Assembly (NCBI GenBank): GCA_964247055.1
Contig: OZ176051.1
Span: forward strand, 10,292,001 to 10,356,000
Source of the DNA: Paragordius varius
Lineage: Eukaryota > Animalia > Nematomorpha
Reading direction: 5' to 3'
DNA: 64,000 nt
Part shown: in pieces, positions 53,601-64,000 of the stretch
Position numbering within the stretch: position 1 is the first letter of the stretch
Layout: each line of letters opens with the position of its first letter
The notes under the pieces: generated by a model
Seen by the model: the letters and a program-made list of their open reading frames with translations, nothing else
Databases searched by the model: none
Told to the model about the DNA's origin: nothing
Position numbers and translations under genes: made by a program

Positions 53601-56600
53601 ATATTAATATCCATTTAACGAAAAAAATATAAATTTTTGATCAAATAAGGAAAATGACTGTAATTTGTATATAAAACGGCAAAAATTGACACATTTAAGA
53701 ATAACTATAAAGATTGCGAATTATGATCGATTTAATAAACATTGCTCATTAAGAATAAAGAAATTTTTTTAATAAGAAACATTTAAGAACAAGTTTGATA
53801 TTTTTTCATAAGAAAATGATATCATGTATGGGTATTACCTATACTTTTTGATTTTTATTATTCATTTTTATCATAGATTGTGACAGAGAAAAAACTAAAT
53901 TTAAATTTATTTAATACAGTTTGAATCACATTTATTTATTGTATAGCATATATATTAACTATGTATTATTATTCCATATAAAATTAGATAAAATATTTTT
54001 CTGGTATCTATTTTTAAATCCTTTTAAATCTTAGGGCATCCCGCACCCACATGATCTGTTAAACAATTCAATGGAAAGTTATTTAGGTCGTCAACCAAAT
54101 AATGAAATATCTGGATGGTTTTTATATTAAACTTCTTATTCAGAAACAAAAGCAGGCATTTGATGCTATGCAAAAATTTAATTCTAAGGTTTTAGGTATA
54201 TATTTTATATTTATAAGCCCAATATAAGGAATTGGATATTTTATAAGAAATTTTTATATGGGCATCTCATTATTTTGAATAAAGGTTGGCAAATGAGCAT
54301 AAAAATGCAGATAGTTGACGACTCCTAAATAAATTTCCATTGAAATGTATTATAAGACTGAGTAAAAGAACCAAACTGAAAAGATTCGAAACCATAATAC
54401 ACATTACCTAATTTTTGATGGAATCATAATAAATAATATATTTATATGCTATATATTTACAAAAATGTAATTGATTTAAACCGAATTTATTTCATATATA
54501 TTGCAAGAATATATCACAGTCACAATCTAAGATAAAAAATATCATAAAAATCACCGTTAATAATCATTCATGCATAACGAACTCGTAAAGGAATAAATCA
54601 ATCATGAGATATTTTACTAAAAACTATAAATTTTCCTTATTATATATTTTGACGCATTTAAGCCAATCTTATATAGTTGAATATGGAAATTAATACCATA
54701 TCCATTTCAATTAAAAAAATAAAATCCGTGTCAGAAACATATTTTTTAACTTAAAAGTAGTTAGGGTTTTTTGTCACGGATGTACTCAAATTGGCTAATT
54801 AAAATAAAACTAAAATTAGACAAAAACCAATATATATTCTGAAAGCTGATGCTTTAAAATCCAGGAGTGTCCAACACAAATGGCTTCACAAGCCGAATTT
54901 CAAAAATTCCAGCTGGCCGGATTTGCATTATATATGGGCATTCATGAGTTTATTGGATTTTAAACAAAAGAGGCAATATAATTATTTTATATTAATTCTA
55001 TTGGGACTTATTTAGAAAAATTGTTTAAAAAAAGCTGCATATCTTTGCAAATTATAAATTTTCCAAATTTTTTGAGGTGGCATATAAAGTAAAGAGCCGC
55101 TTGTTGGAAACCCATGCATTAATCAATTATGTTACCATAGGACATATTTATATACGGTAATGAGCTCAAAAAATATTACTTATATAAGGTTAAAATTATT
55201 AATGAAACCTTTTATAATATATTTATAAGATAAAGTTTTGTATTCTTTACTTAATGTTATAAGTTTTATATTTTTAATATCCTTCTATCTTATAACATAT
55301 TTAGTAAGTTTCCGATTTTTCAATTTTTTAAAATTTACAAATAAAATTGCCCAAAATCTCTATATGTGGAGTCAAAAAATATTAGGATTCGGATACGGAA
55401 ACAATTAAATCGGTTAAAATTTAAATTTCTAGTAATGGCAATTAAAAAAGTCCATGTGGCAATTCTTATTTTTAATTTGATGAACCTTTTATTAAATTTT
55501 TCCACCAATTATTAAATCCAAATTCTAAAATTTAACACTTGAAGGATCGATTTAGAAATAGCATGGATTTAGAATAAACTATTTAAAAAATGTCAAAAAC
55601 TATATGTAGTTACATCTAAAAAATTTTAAAATTATAGGAGAAAATCTTTAAACCCTTTAGATATTACACCATTGTCAGGATCTGGGAATAATATATTATT
55701 CTAGTATTATTATAAATTATCATTTTATATAACTTAATCTTTAATAACTGATTCATCCAAATCTCCCAGGCTTAGTGTAAAGTAAAAGTTAATATCTCGT
55801 TTAAAAAATTATTATTTCCAACGAATCGTAATAAATCCAATTTTATTGTGATTTGTATTTATTTTTTTTATTATTTACTACAGAAGTTAAATGTTATATT
55901 AGAGTTCAGGGGTGAACATAATACCCTTTGTGTAATATGTGCAGCCCGGAAAATTTTTTTTTCATTATTTGAAAAGTATGCTCATTATATTAGAAATGGT
56001 ATAGGGCACCGGACCCTTAAAGTGCGTGCCAGAGTTCGAACCCCGAAACTACGCATTTTTCCATCGGGTTAAAGCCTTCAGATGTCCGAATACAATTTAA
56101 GTTCTTAGGTAAAAAAGGAAAAAAGAGACTCTAAACGGAATAAAATTGATATTTTTTAACTTTTTCTCAAGCCTTTTCGATTGGAAAGAAATGGGTGAAA
56201 AAACAGCAGTTATATAGTGTCTGCAATTTACATATTTTTACAGTCATATATTTCAAATATGGTAAGACAATCAATATTAATGTACACACATTTTTTTGAA
56301 TGCAGTTCATCAAATTAATTGAAAATTGGGCCCGCGAAGGCTTTTGCGCACACCTCCTGCTCAATAATTAACGTAATATGGCCTTTTTAAAAATTTTGCT
56401 CGCCATTTATATATGTATAATATTACAATACTTTTGCATTTTTAACCAAATAACCATAATACTTAATAATGATTGTACCAAAAAACAACCAAAACTCCTA
56501 TAAAATACATATAATATGATAAAATTATTCCTATTTTTTGTCCCAAAAAATGACTTACAATTTCAACATCCACATCATAACACGAGGTGTTTTTCCGTTC

Positions 56601-58925
56601 ATTTATGTTGTTGGCAGCATTTGTCATATCCCATTTAATTGTGTGATGGATTATGATTGGTTCAGGAGCGAACAATAAACCATTCAGTTTTTGTGGTATT
56701 TCAGCAAACTTAAGTCGAGGACACTCAAAAATCTTGTAATTTTAATTATAAAAAAATATGTAAAGACAAGATTGGGGTTTAAAAACATAATTAAATAGAA
56801 ATAGAGTCATGTATGGAAAATATATTGTTATCTACTCAATATGTATATTTTTATTTGTACAATATATTTAATTAAAATTGAAATAACCCAATTACACGGG
56901 ACTAAATCTAAATCTTAAACGTATTTTATTTTACAATATCAAAATACAAAAAACGCCATATATATAATATGTATGATAATACTTGACTAAGATACATATC
57001 ACAATTAATGTACTCCTTTTCATGGGCATCTTGTAATTTATGCGTCCTAATGTATTGCCAAAATGCCAAAACAATGTTTGCCCTTGTGCTGGTATGCAAG
57101 GCAAGTAATCTCCCTAACCTCGCATCTAATTTAAACTGTGGTGGCTAAAGAACGATGGTTATAAAAATAAGTAGTTTTTTATATAAAAGGAACCATAAAA
57201 TATCAAGTTTTTAGTAGATAAAAAAGTTATGAAGTGTTGGTATTATAACTCTAGCATATAATTTAAACTGTGGTGGCTAAAGAACGATGGTTATAAAAAT
57301 AAGTAGTTTTTTATATAAAAGGAACCATAAAATATCAAGTTTTTAGTAGATAAAAAAGTTATGAAGTGTTGGTATTATAACTCTAGCATATAATTTAAAC
57401 TGTGGTGGCTAAAGAACAATGGTTATAAAAATAAGTAGTTTTTTTCTATAAAAAGACCCATAAAATATCAAGTTTTCAGTAGCTAAAAAAGTTATGAGGT
57501 GTTTGTATTTTAACTCCTGCATATAATTTAAAGGGTCGTGGCTAAATGATATAAAATATATATTGTTTAGGGTACACTACTTTTTTATTAAACTTTAATT
57601 ATATTAAGGACCGACCCAAAAATGTTAATATTAACTCACTCAGGGCTAATGATGATGAAAAAATTGCGAAGTTTTGGAATTTATTAATAAACACACACGT
57701 AAAATTTAGTTTAATACTTTAAAAACTATATCGATTTGAGATATTCCATCACTTCTTTCAATTTCGGCAACCTATAAAAATTCAAAAAAATTGAAACACA
57801 TAAATATTATGTGTTTTAAGGCTAAAATGAATTATTGAGATAAAATAAATGTTTTCGGCGTATTATATTTTTATTACTCTCGTTCCATAATTTGAAAATT
57901 TTCATATTTATCAAAAATATAAAAATGATATAGTTATTTTTTTTGCCTTACTTGATGATCTAACATAAGCAAAAGCGTAGATTTAATCGGTTCAATAATT
58001 ACGCTATCTATCAGAGATGCTGGATTATGAGGATCAGGTGTCTTAACGATAGAAATGCCTCCCATACGTTTAACTTGAAATCCGTCAGTTTCTTGCGTAT
58101 GTGGTGTACGATGCCATTCAACCTTTAATTAATTATAATGTTTACAAATTATTTTTATTTATAAAAACAGTTCGTAGACCAAACTTTAATTGTATTCGTG
58201 ATGATTTTCAAATAAAATAAACATTCGAATCAACAAAAAATTTTAATTAGTAATAATAATCCTTCCATAATCCATTTATATAACAATGATAATTTGGAAA
58301 CATTTACCAAATGATTATCTGGACCGTACAAAGATTTATCCAATTCTATTACCAAACTCTTAAAGTAAGAAGAAAATTTTCTATTGGAATTTATTAGATC
58401 AATGTTCGGATTTGAATTTTCATTTGGAATTAATTTTCCTTCCACTCTTAATTCCCAAGATGGAGGGACCCGATTTTCTAAATAAATATATTTATATCAT
58501 AAATAAGATAAATATACCTATATTTGTGGCTATATCTGGATAAATGGATCCAGGGAAGCAAGTATGCGATATGCAAATGCGAAGTTTTCTTTTTACCTAA
58601 AACATATGCGTTAACTAATTACTTTAATAGGTTTTTTCAATATTTCCTGCATATCTAAACGCTTTCGCATTATAGTTGCATCTAGCTTTTTCTCAAAATT
58701 AACTAAATCTGTATAAGCTTGGGACTCGGGAACAAGTTCATTAATCTATAATTAATATATAAGGCCTTTACATTTTCTGGTAACGACCTTTCAATTATTC
58801 TGGGTTTACGTTTAGGTACATTGGCAGGATTAGGTTGTATATGGGATAATGACGGAGTAAAACTATATTAGATATCAAAAATATTTAAACCCTTTGTTGC
58901 GAGCTTCGTACCGTTTTTTATCCAT
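50654..58925 (-). CDS. SMARCD1: SWI/SNF BAF60 subunit (SWIB domain), 12 exons; one exon carries a +1 frameshift as assembled
   Basis: complement(58912-58925, 58772-58862, 58623-58745, 58518-58596, 58308-58477, 57952-58122, 56983-57145, 56559-56732, 51787-51867, 51549-51671, 51051-51152, 50654-50704). Motifs: [93 protein letters not shown]. The symbol denotes the SMARCD1/2/3 family. Confidence 0.93.
52984..53564 (-). mobile_element. piggyBac-like MITE family C, copy 3 (SMARCD intron 8)
   Basis: TTAA at 52980-52983 and 53565-53568. Reverse complement of copies 1 and 2. Confidence 0.8.
54064..54347. mobile_element. Small MITE with about 33-bp TIRs
   Basis: caattcaatggaaagttatttaggtcgtcaac pairs with gttgacgactcctaaataaatttccattgaaatg. 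Confidence 0.55.
54862..55116. mobile_element. hAT-type MITE
   Basis: CAGGAGTGTCCAAC / GTTGGAAACCCATG ends. TSD weak. Confidence 0.45.
55907..56359. mobile_element. GC-richer hAT-like element remnant
   Basis: CAGGGGTGAAC left end and CACACCTCCTG right end. No TSD found. Confidence 0.3.
57127..57548. repeat. Tandem repeat, about 3.2 x 132 bp, spanning a SMARCD 3' splice site
   Basis: Units begin at 57127, 57259, 57391 and about 57523. On the minus strand each contains ttctttag|CCACCACAGTTTAAATTA. Confidence 0.95.
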
Positions 58926-59009
58926 ATGGCTAAACGCTGTTTTTAATAAACACACATATAAACAGTAGTTTGATGTGAATGTCAAAAATTTTAAGAATTA
59001 TTTTTGGCA

Positions 59010-61510
59010 ATGTTCCCTAATGTCTTACTCCAATCAGCCGATGTAGCCTCTATATCAAACTATTTAAGTGTAGTATTTATTATAACTTTCCTATTTATAT
59101 CAACTTCCTTATTATTTAAGTAAGTCATATTTTTTATTTAATCTATTAGACTATGGCGTTTCCAAGGCATACCTAGTCCTGATTTTTATATAAAGAAAAA
59201 TATAGTATCTCCTTTAGAAAATGTACAAATGCAATCAATTAATTGTCCTTATGTGATTAGATTATCTGAAACTAATATTTCCAATTTAAATGGTATCATT
59301 TATTATTTATAGAGTAGATGGTTGTTATTTTGATTATTATTCCAAATTTGATTTCACCAAAGTTTATGGGTTTTGGGGCGTAAATATTAAACAATTATTT
59401 AATGCAATATATTGCGACTGGAATCATTGGATTACAAATATCAATAGCGGATTGATATTTGATCACATATATTCGGATGTCGATCCTATCGAGTATGTCT
59501 TTTAATTTTGGGGTTCATCGTAACTGGGTATAACGCATAGCTAGTCCGTGACTGTTATTTGAAGTAACCGTCGAAAAATTTTTAACTATGTTAAGTTAAA
59601 ATAATTATATAATAAAAATTATCGAATCTTTTTGTCATTTATTTTAAAGGTTTGTACTTTATAGTTACAACTTATATTTGCAGTATTATCAAATTTACGG
59701 GATATGTCATAAAAATGACCGCATTCTTAAGAACTGGTCACACCGGTTAAATTCTGACTGGTTAAAGACCTAACCCTTTAACAATATCTCTTTTTTTGCT
59801 TTATTGAAAAACTCTTTTATTTAAACCATATTTCTATAATATTACTATAGATGCAATAATTTTTCATCGTCTCCTCACACAGAGGTAGTTTCCCCAAAAC
59901 CATCGTCCCAATTAACAAATTTAACACAGAATCCAATTCCCTGGCAATCATTTCATGTGAGAAAACCGCGGACATTAAAGCCCGAATCTTTGGGTCAACC
60001 TCCGACTCGGGCCCTTTACCCTTTAGTACTTGTATCGATTCCTGATTACATTTCATATCATACCTACTACAATAATTATAATCATCATTATGATTCTTTG
60101 CATAATACAAATTCAAATACCGAAGGCCAAACCAAAAACAGCAATTTAACGTCGAATAATAAGTATGTTGGAAGATTGCGTCGAAGACCGTTGATCTCTG
60201 CCTTACATCCAAAATCTACTGGACCGGATGATGAGAATGCCGCCTTACATACAAATACCTCTTCTATCCTGTCATCCGATAATGAGTAAAATATTAATCT
60301 AAGATGGATGCTTTTTTTGTTATAGATTTTAGTAAGTAACGATTAAATGAAAAATATAGTAGAAACATATTAATAAAAATTATTTTATCTTCAATTTCGA
60401 AGACTTGCTCTCATGATTGAATAATCTTGCGCAAGGACTATAAATTTAGAACATAATTCATAAGAACAGTGGGGTGTTGATTTATTTTATTTTTTTAATC
60501 TCATACATTTGCGTTTATATTGATTAAGTGTTTGATTTATTAAGCTTACCAATTATTTTATCTTTCAAAAAATGGTTAATACCAACATTAATATATTTTC
60601 TTTTATATTATCCATATTTGTTATAATTTATGGCATTTTTTGCCAAACCTATTTCCATATAAATTTAAACCTAAATCACAATTTTCCATAGAATTGCGAA
60701 AAGTCAGTCATCAGATTTACCACATGAGCCGGTAAGTTTATAATTTATTTGTATTACATTTATATAACATATCCTTTTTTTATTTACCATTTGTTATTTT
60801 TTAAAAATTTAGAATTCTCTACTTATTACTATTGTACATCTAAGTGACTACCTAAGCAATCAACCATCGTCCATTATAGCACAATATCTGAAAATGTCGA
60901 ATGGTTCAATTTTTGTCATGCAAGTATTTAGTTTTACATGTTCTTTTGATCACTAAATAAAAGTTTATTTTAAGTAAAAAAAAGTTTTAAAAAGATTAAC
61001 ATTAAGTTACAATTTTATATTTATTCATTTTCCAATAGATAATTTTATATAATTAAAACACCAGTTTTTAAGATAGATTTGCCTTTGATTTGACAAAATA
61101 AAACGTTTATACGCAATAATCTATTTAAATAAATGCGTATTATAACTCTATAAATTTAATTTGTAGTTTGGAGATTTTCGAAAAATTGTTCCTTAAATAA
61201 AATTTTTTTTGCAAATTTTATTCTTTTTTCATAGCAATTGTACACGAATCCTTTGTCACCTACCAATCCCATTGATGTCTCATCAACTACTCTACCCATA
61301 AATATTAATGATATCAACGATATTGCTGATAATTTTGATACAAATTCTCCTTTGAATGCCCTAAAAAATGCATGTGTAATCTGTAATGAAAATGAATCAT
61401 CCCATGTTATTTTACCGTGTAGGCATGTGTGTTCATGTAATTCCTGTTTCCCTAAACTCGATAAATGTCCCATGTGTCGGGGTTACATACAATCCTATTG
61501 GATTTTATGA
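59010..61510 (+). CDS. CGRRF1: Cell growth regulator with RING finger domain 1, 7 exons
   Basis: Exons 59010-59119, 59150-59292, 59318-59492, 59851-60285, 60692-60731, 60813-60923, 61235-61510 are in frame. N-terminal TM helix, [44 protein letters not shown], and C-terminal [40 protein letters not shown]. Confidence 0.88.
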
Positions 61511-62059
61511 GAACATATTTGTTTTTTGAAACCAAATTTTATGAAATTTATTCGTTACTCAAAAAAAGTTTTTTTAAATTAGTATTTCACCACCGTTTGT
61601 AAAGGACAATGTTGGTTGATGATTGTATGTGATTATATACTTAATTAAATTTAATCAATTAGTAATGCTTAATGTGTGTTAAAAGAAGATTAAATAATTA
61701 TAATATATATCATATTAATTTTATAAATATAATACGGGTATTAAATTATTTGAAAAAATATTCATATGATAGAAATTAATTTAGTCGCTTTGTATACAAA
61801 ATTGGTCAAATAAATACAATTTATCATATATATATTTATTTCTTATAATTTTTAGAACTTTTTGGGCGCAATCAAGTGTTTTTTTCATTTTCGGTAAATT
61901 TTAAATATGTTTATGAATTGTATTGTGCAGATATCTGATGGGGTTTGTAAATTGATTTGTCAATGCTTTGCATTAATATCAATGGTATGAAATATAATTT
62001 CAATCAAATTTATTAGATAATTGCTTCCATTTTCGTGGGGGTTCCAAGGCATGGTCGGT

Positions 62060-63352
62060 AACCTTGTAAAGTGTTCTATGCCAAAAAAAATATAAAGATT
62101 TACTTTTTTAAAAAATGTTTTTTTGAAGTGCTTTGAATATATAAAAAAATAAGGATTTTTTTAAAAACAATTTACCATTTCTCTATCAAAAAAACGTTTT
62201 CCCAATTAAAAACATTTTCCCAATCAATAAAAACATTTTTCCAGTCAATAAAAACGGTTTTATTTTTGATGATAAATACCGAAACAAGCTATAAAAATAA
62301 TAAGTTTTAACCATTAAGAGAACACTAATAAGGAGATTATATTTTATAAATTCACATGAATGACAATATTTTAATATATGCAATTATACACATTAATGAC
62401 TTCTTAAAAGATATATTTAATTAATTGTGTGATATGTTATGATTTGACATATTTTTATACAATTTTTTACAAAGGTAACACTTCTAACGCAACATTTTTC
62501 ATTCAAACGAAATTAAAAATATTGCGTTTGTTTAGAAAAATGTTGCTTCAGACTGAAAAATGGTATAAAAATATGTCAAAACCATAAAATACTCATCAAT
62601 AAAATATAGCTTTCAATAAGAAGTCACCAATGATTATATATTTGATGACATAAAAAAATGTCATTCAATATTGATTTTATAAAAAATATATCCTTATCAA
62701 TGTTCTCTTAGTGGTTACTTATTTTTATACCTTGTGTTGATATTTATCATCGAGAATAAAACCGTTATTGACTTGGAAAATGTTTTTATTGATTGGGGAA
62801 ATCGTTTCGATTGACTGAATAATTGTTTTTATTGATTGGGAAAATGTTTTTCTTCGCTGGTAACATGTTTCGATTGAATGAGAAAACGTTTCAATTAATT
62901 GGAAAAATGTTACGATTGATTGAGAAAATGTTTTTATTGACTGGGTAATGGTAAATAAAATTTTACAACAATAATTGGGAATTTTTGTAAATCACCTGCA
63001 AATTAAGTATTTAATGTTTTTCTAATTGGTAAGAACTTGTATGAATATGTAATCATATTGCCCTTAACCCCTTATTATACCTTGTTTTGATTTCTTGTTT
63101 TTGATATTTATCATAAAAATGAAACCGTTTTTATTGATTTGGAAAATGTTTTATTGATTGGGAAAATGTTTTGATTGGGGAATTGGAAAAATGTTACGAT
63201 TGACTGAAAAAATGTTTTTATTGACTGAGTAATGGTAAATAAAATTTTACAACAATAATTGGTAAAATTTGTAAAATCACATGCAAATTAAGGATTTAAT
63301 GTTTTTTTATTGGTAAAAACTTTGTGTAAAAATTTATTCTTATTACCCTTAA
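62060..63352. repeat. Foldback-like repeat: one inverted and two tandem blocks made of about 20-bp AAAATGTTTTTATTGATTGGG subunits
   Basis: Blocks 62727-63070 and 63076-63352 are direct duplicates. Block 62170-62290 is an inverted partial copy. Confidence 0.75.
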
Positions 63353-64000
63353 ACATTTGGTATCAAAGTTTATAAATTTTAATGCATTATATATATTATA
63401 AACGCCTTTGCCTTTATTTATGAAATATTAGTTCTGGAAATACTAGAACCGCTTTAAATATTAAGGAAAGTAATTATTTTTCCTGCGATTTCTTATGTTT
63501 TTACGATTACAACAGTAAAAGTGGGTAGAGGCGAAAAACACTCGTTATTTAATAACCTAATTTTCAATAAAAAATAATATCGAGTATTACTGTTAAGTCC
63601 AATATATCGAAATCTTTTTTTATATATCAAGTAGTAGTTTATTGAGAGTGAGTCAGTCTATCATACCCTTGTTCTGAATCAAAAGTCACTAATTAAAGGA
63701 TTATATATCTACTAAACCTTTAAAAAAGATGTTATTTAAAAAATGGCGCATTAATGATTTGAGCCAATTTTTGATTTACATAAATTAATTAATATGTGCC
63801 GAATTCGAATTGAAAACAGTATTTCTTGATACTTAATAAAAAGTTTTGCAACTAAAGCATAATGTATTTTATTTGAATCCAAAAAAAATCGTGCAAGTCC
63901 CCTTCATACCGTATTTAATAACTTTAAAAACTCATTTTTATGAGTTTGGAACCGTATCCATACAGTTTATTTTTTAAAACGGATCAAAAATTTGATAACA

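Noticed and set aside
55990-56050. tRNA-like motif (tggtatagggc...agagttcgaacccc)
   Set aside because: No acceptor or anticodon stem pairing. At most a decayed SINE or TE remnant.
57127-57548. Regular repeat array resembling CRISPR
   Set aside because: Units are 132-bp near-identical tandem copies without unique spacers, in a eukaryotic intron with no cas genes.
59293-59312. Candidate 20-nt intron in CGRRF1
   Set aside because: That AG gives GAG TAG (stop). The AG at 59316-59317 (25 nt) restores the frame.

Overview
Very AT-rich eukaryotic, almost certainly animal, genomic DNA in the standard genetic code. There are no rRNA, tRNA or CRISPR features. I reconstructed spliced genes by hand: CCDC124 (-), FBXO21 (+), COG1 (+), MAX (-), an intronless neuropeptide-type prohormone (-), a probable secreted FN3-like orphan (+), SMARCD/BAF60 (-) and CGRRF1 (+). 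Protein family calls come from my recollection of the homologues, not from a database search. Gene architecture is unusual: at least 14 GT-AG introns of only 21-31 nt all lie within about 700 bp of a start codon, while resolved distal introns are about 60 nt to 4.7 kb. Two divergent gene pairs have only 48 and 84 bp between start codons. Intergenic and long-intron DNA is rich in transposons: three non-autonomous Helitrons, three TTAA piggyBac-like MITEs, a full-length decayed hAT with an 8-bp TSD, Tc1-like and hAT MITEs, and Tigger and RTE relics. The best leads are (1) a prohormone with an unassigned AF[LMF][RK][ILV]..P peptide family, (2) a palindromic TGT...ACA element with a 5-bp TSD built from two copies of a Gypsy-type integrase 3' end, (3) the promoter-proximal mini-intron pattern, and (4) a +1 frameshift in a SMARCD exon whose splice acceptor is tandemly repeated. 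Organism identity is inference only; introns this short are established for dicyemid mesozoans, but other lineages are not excluded.
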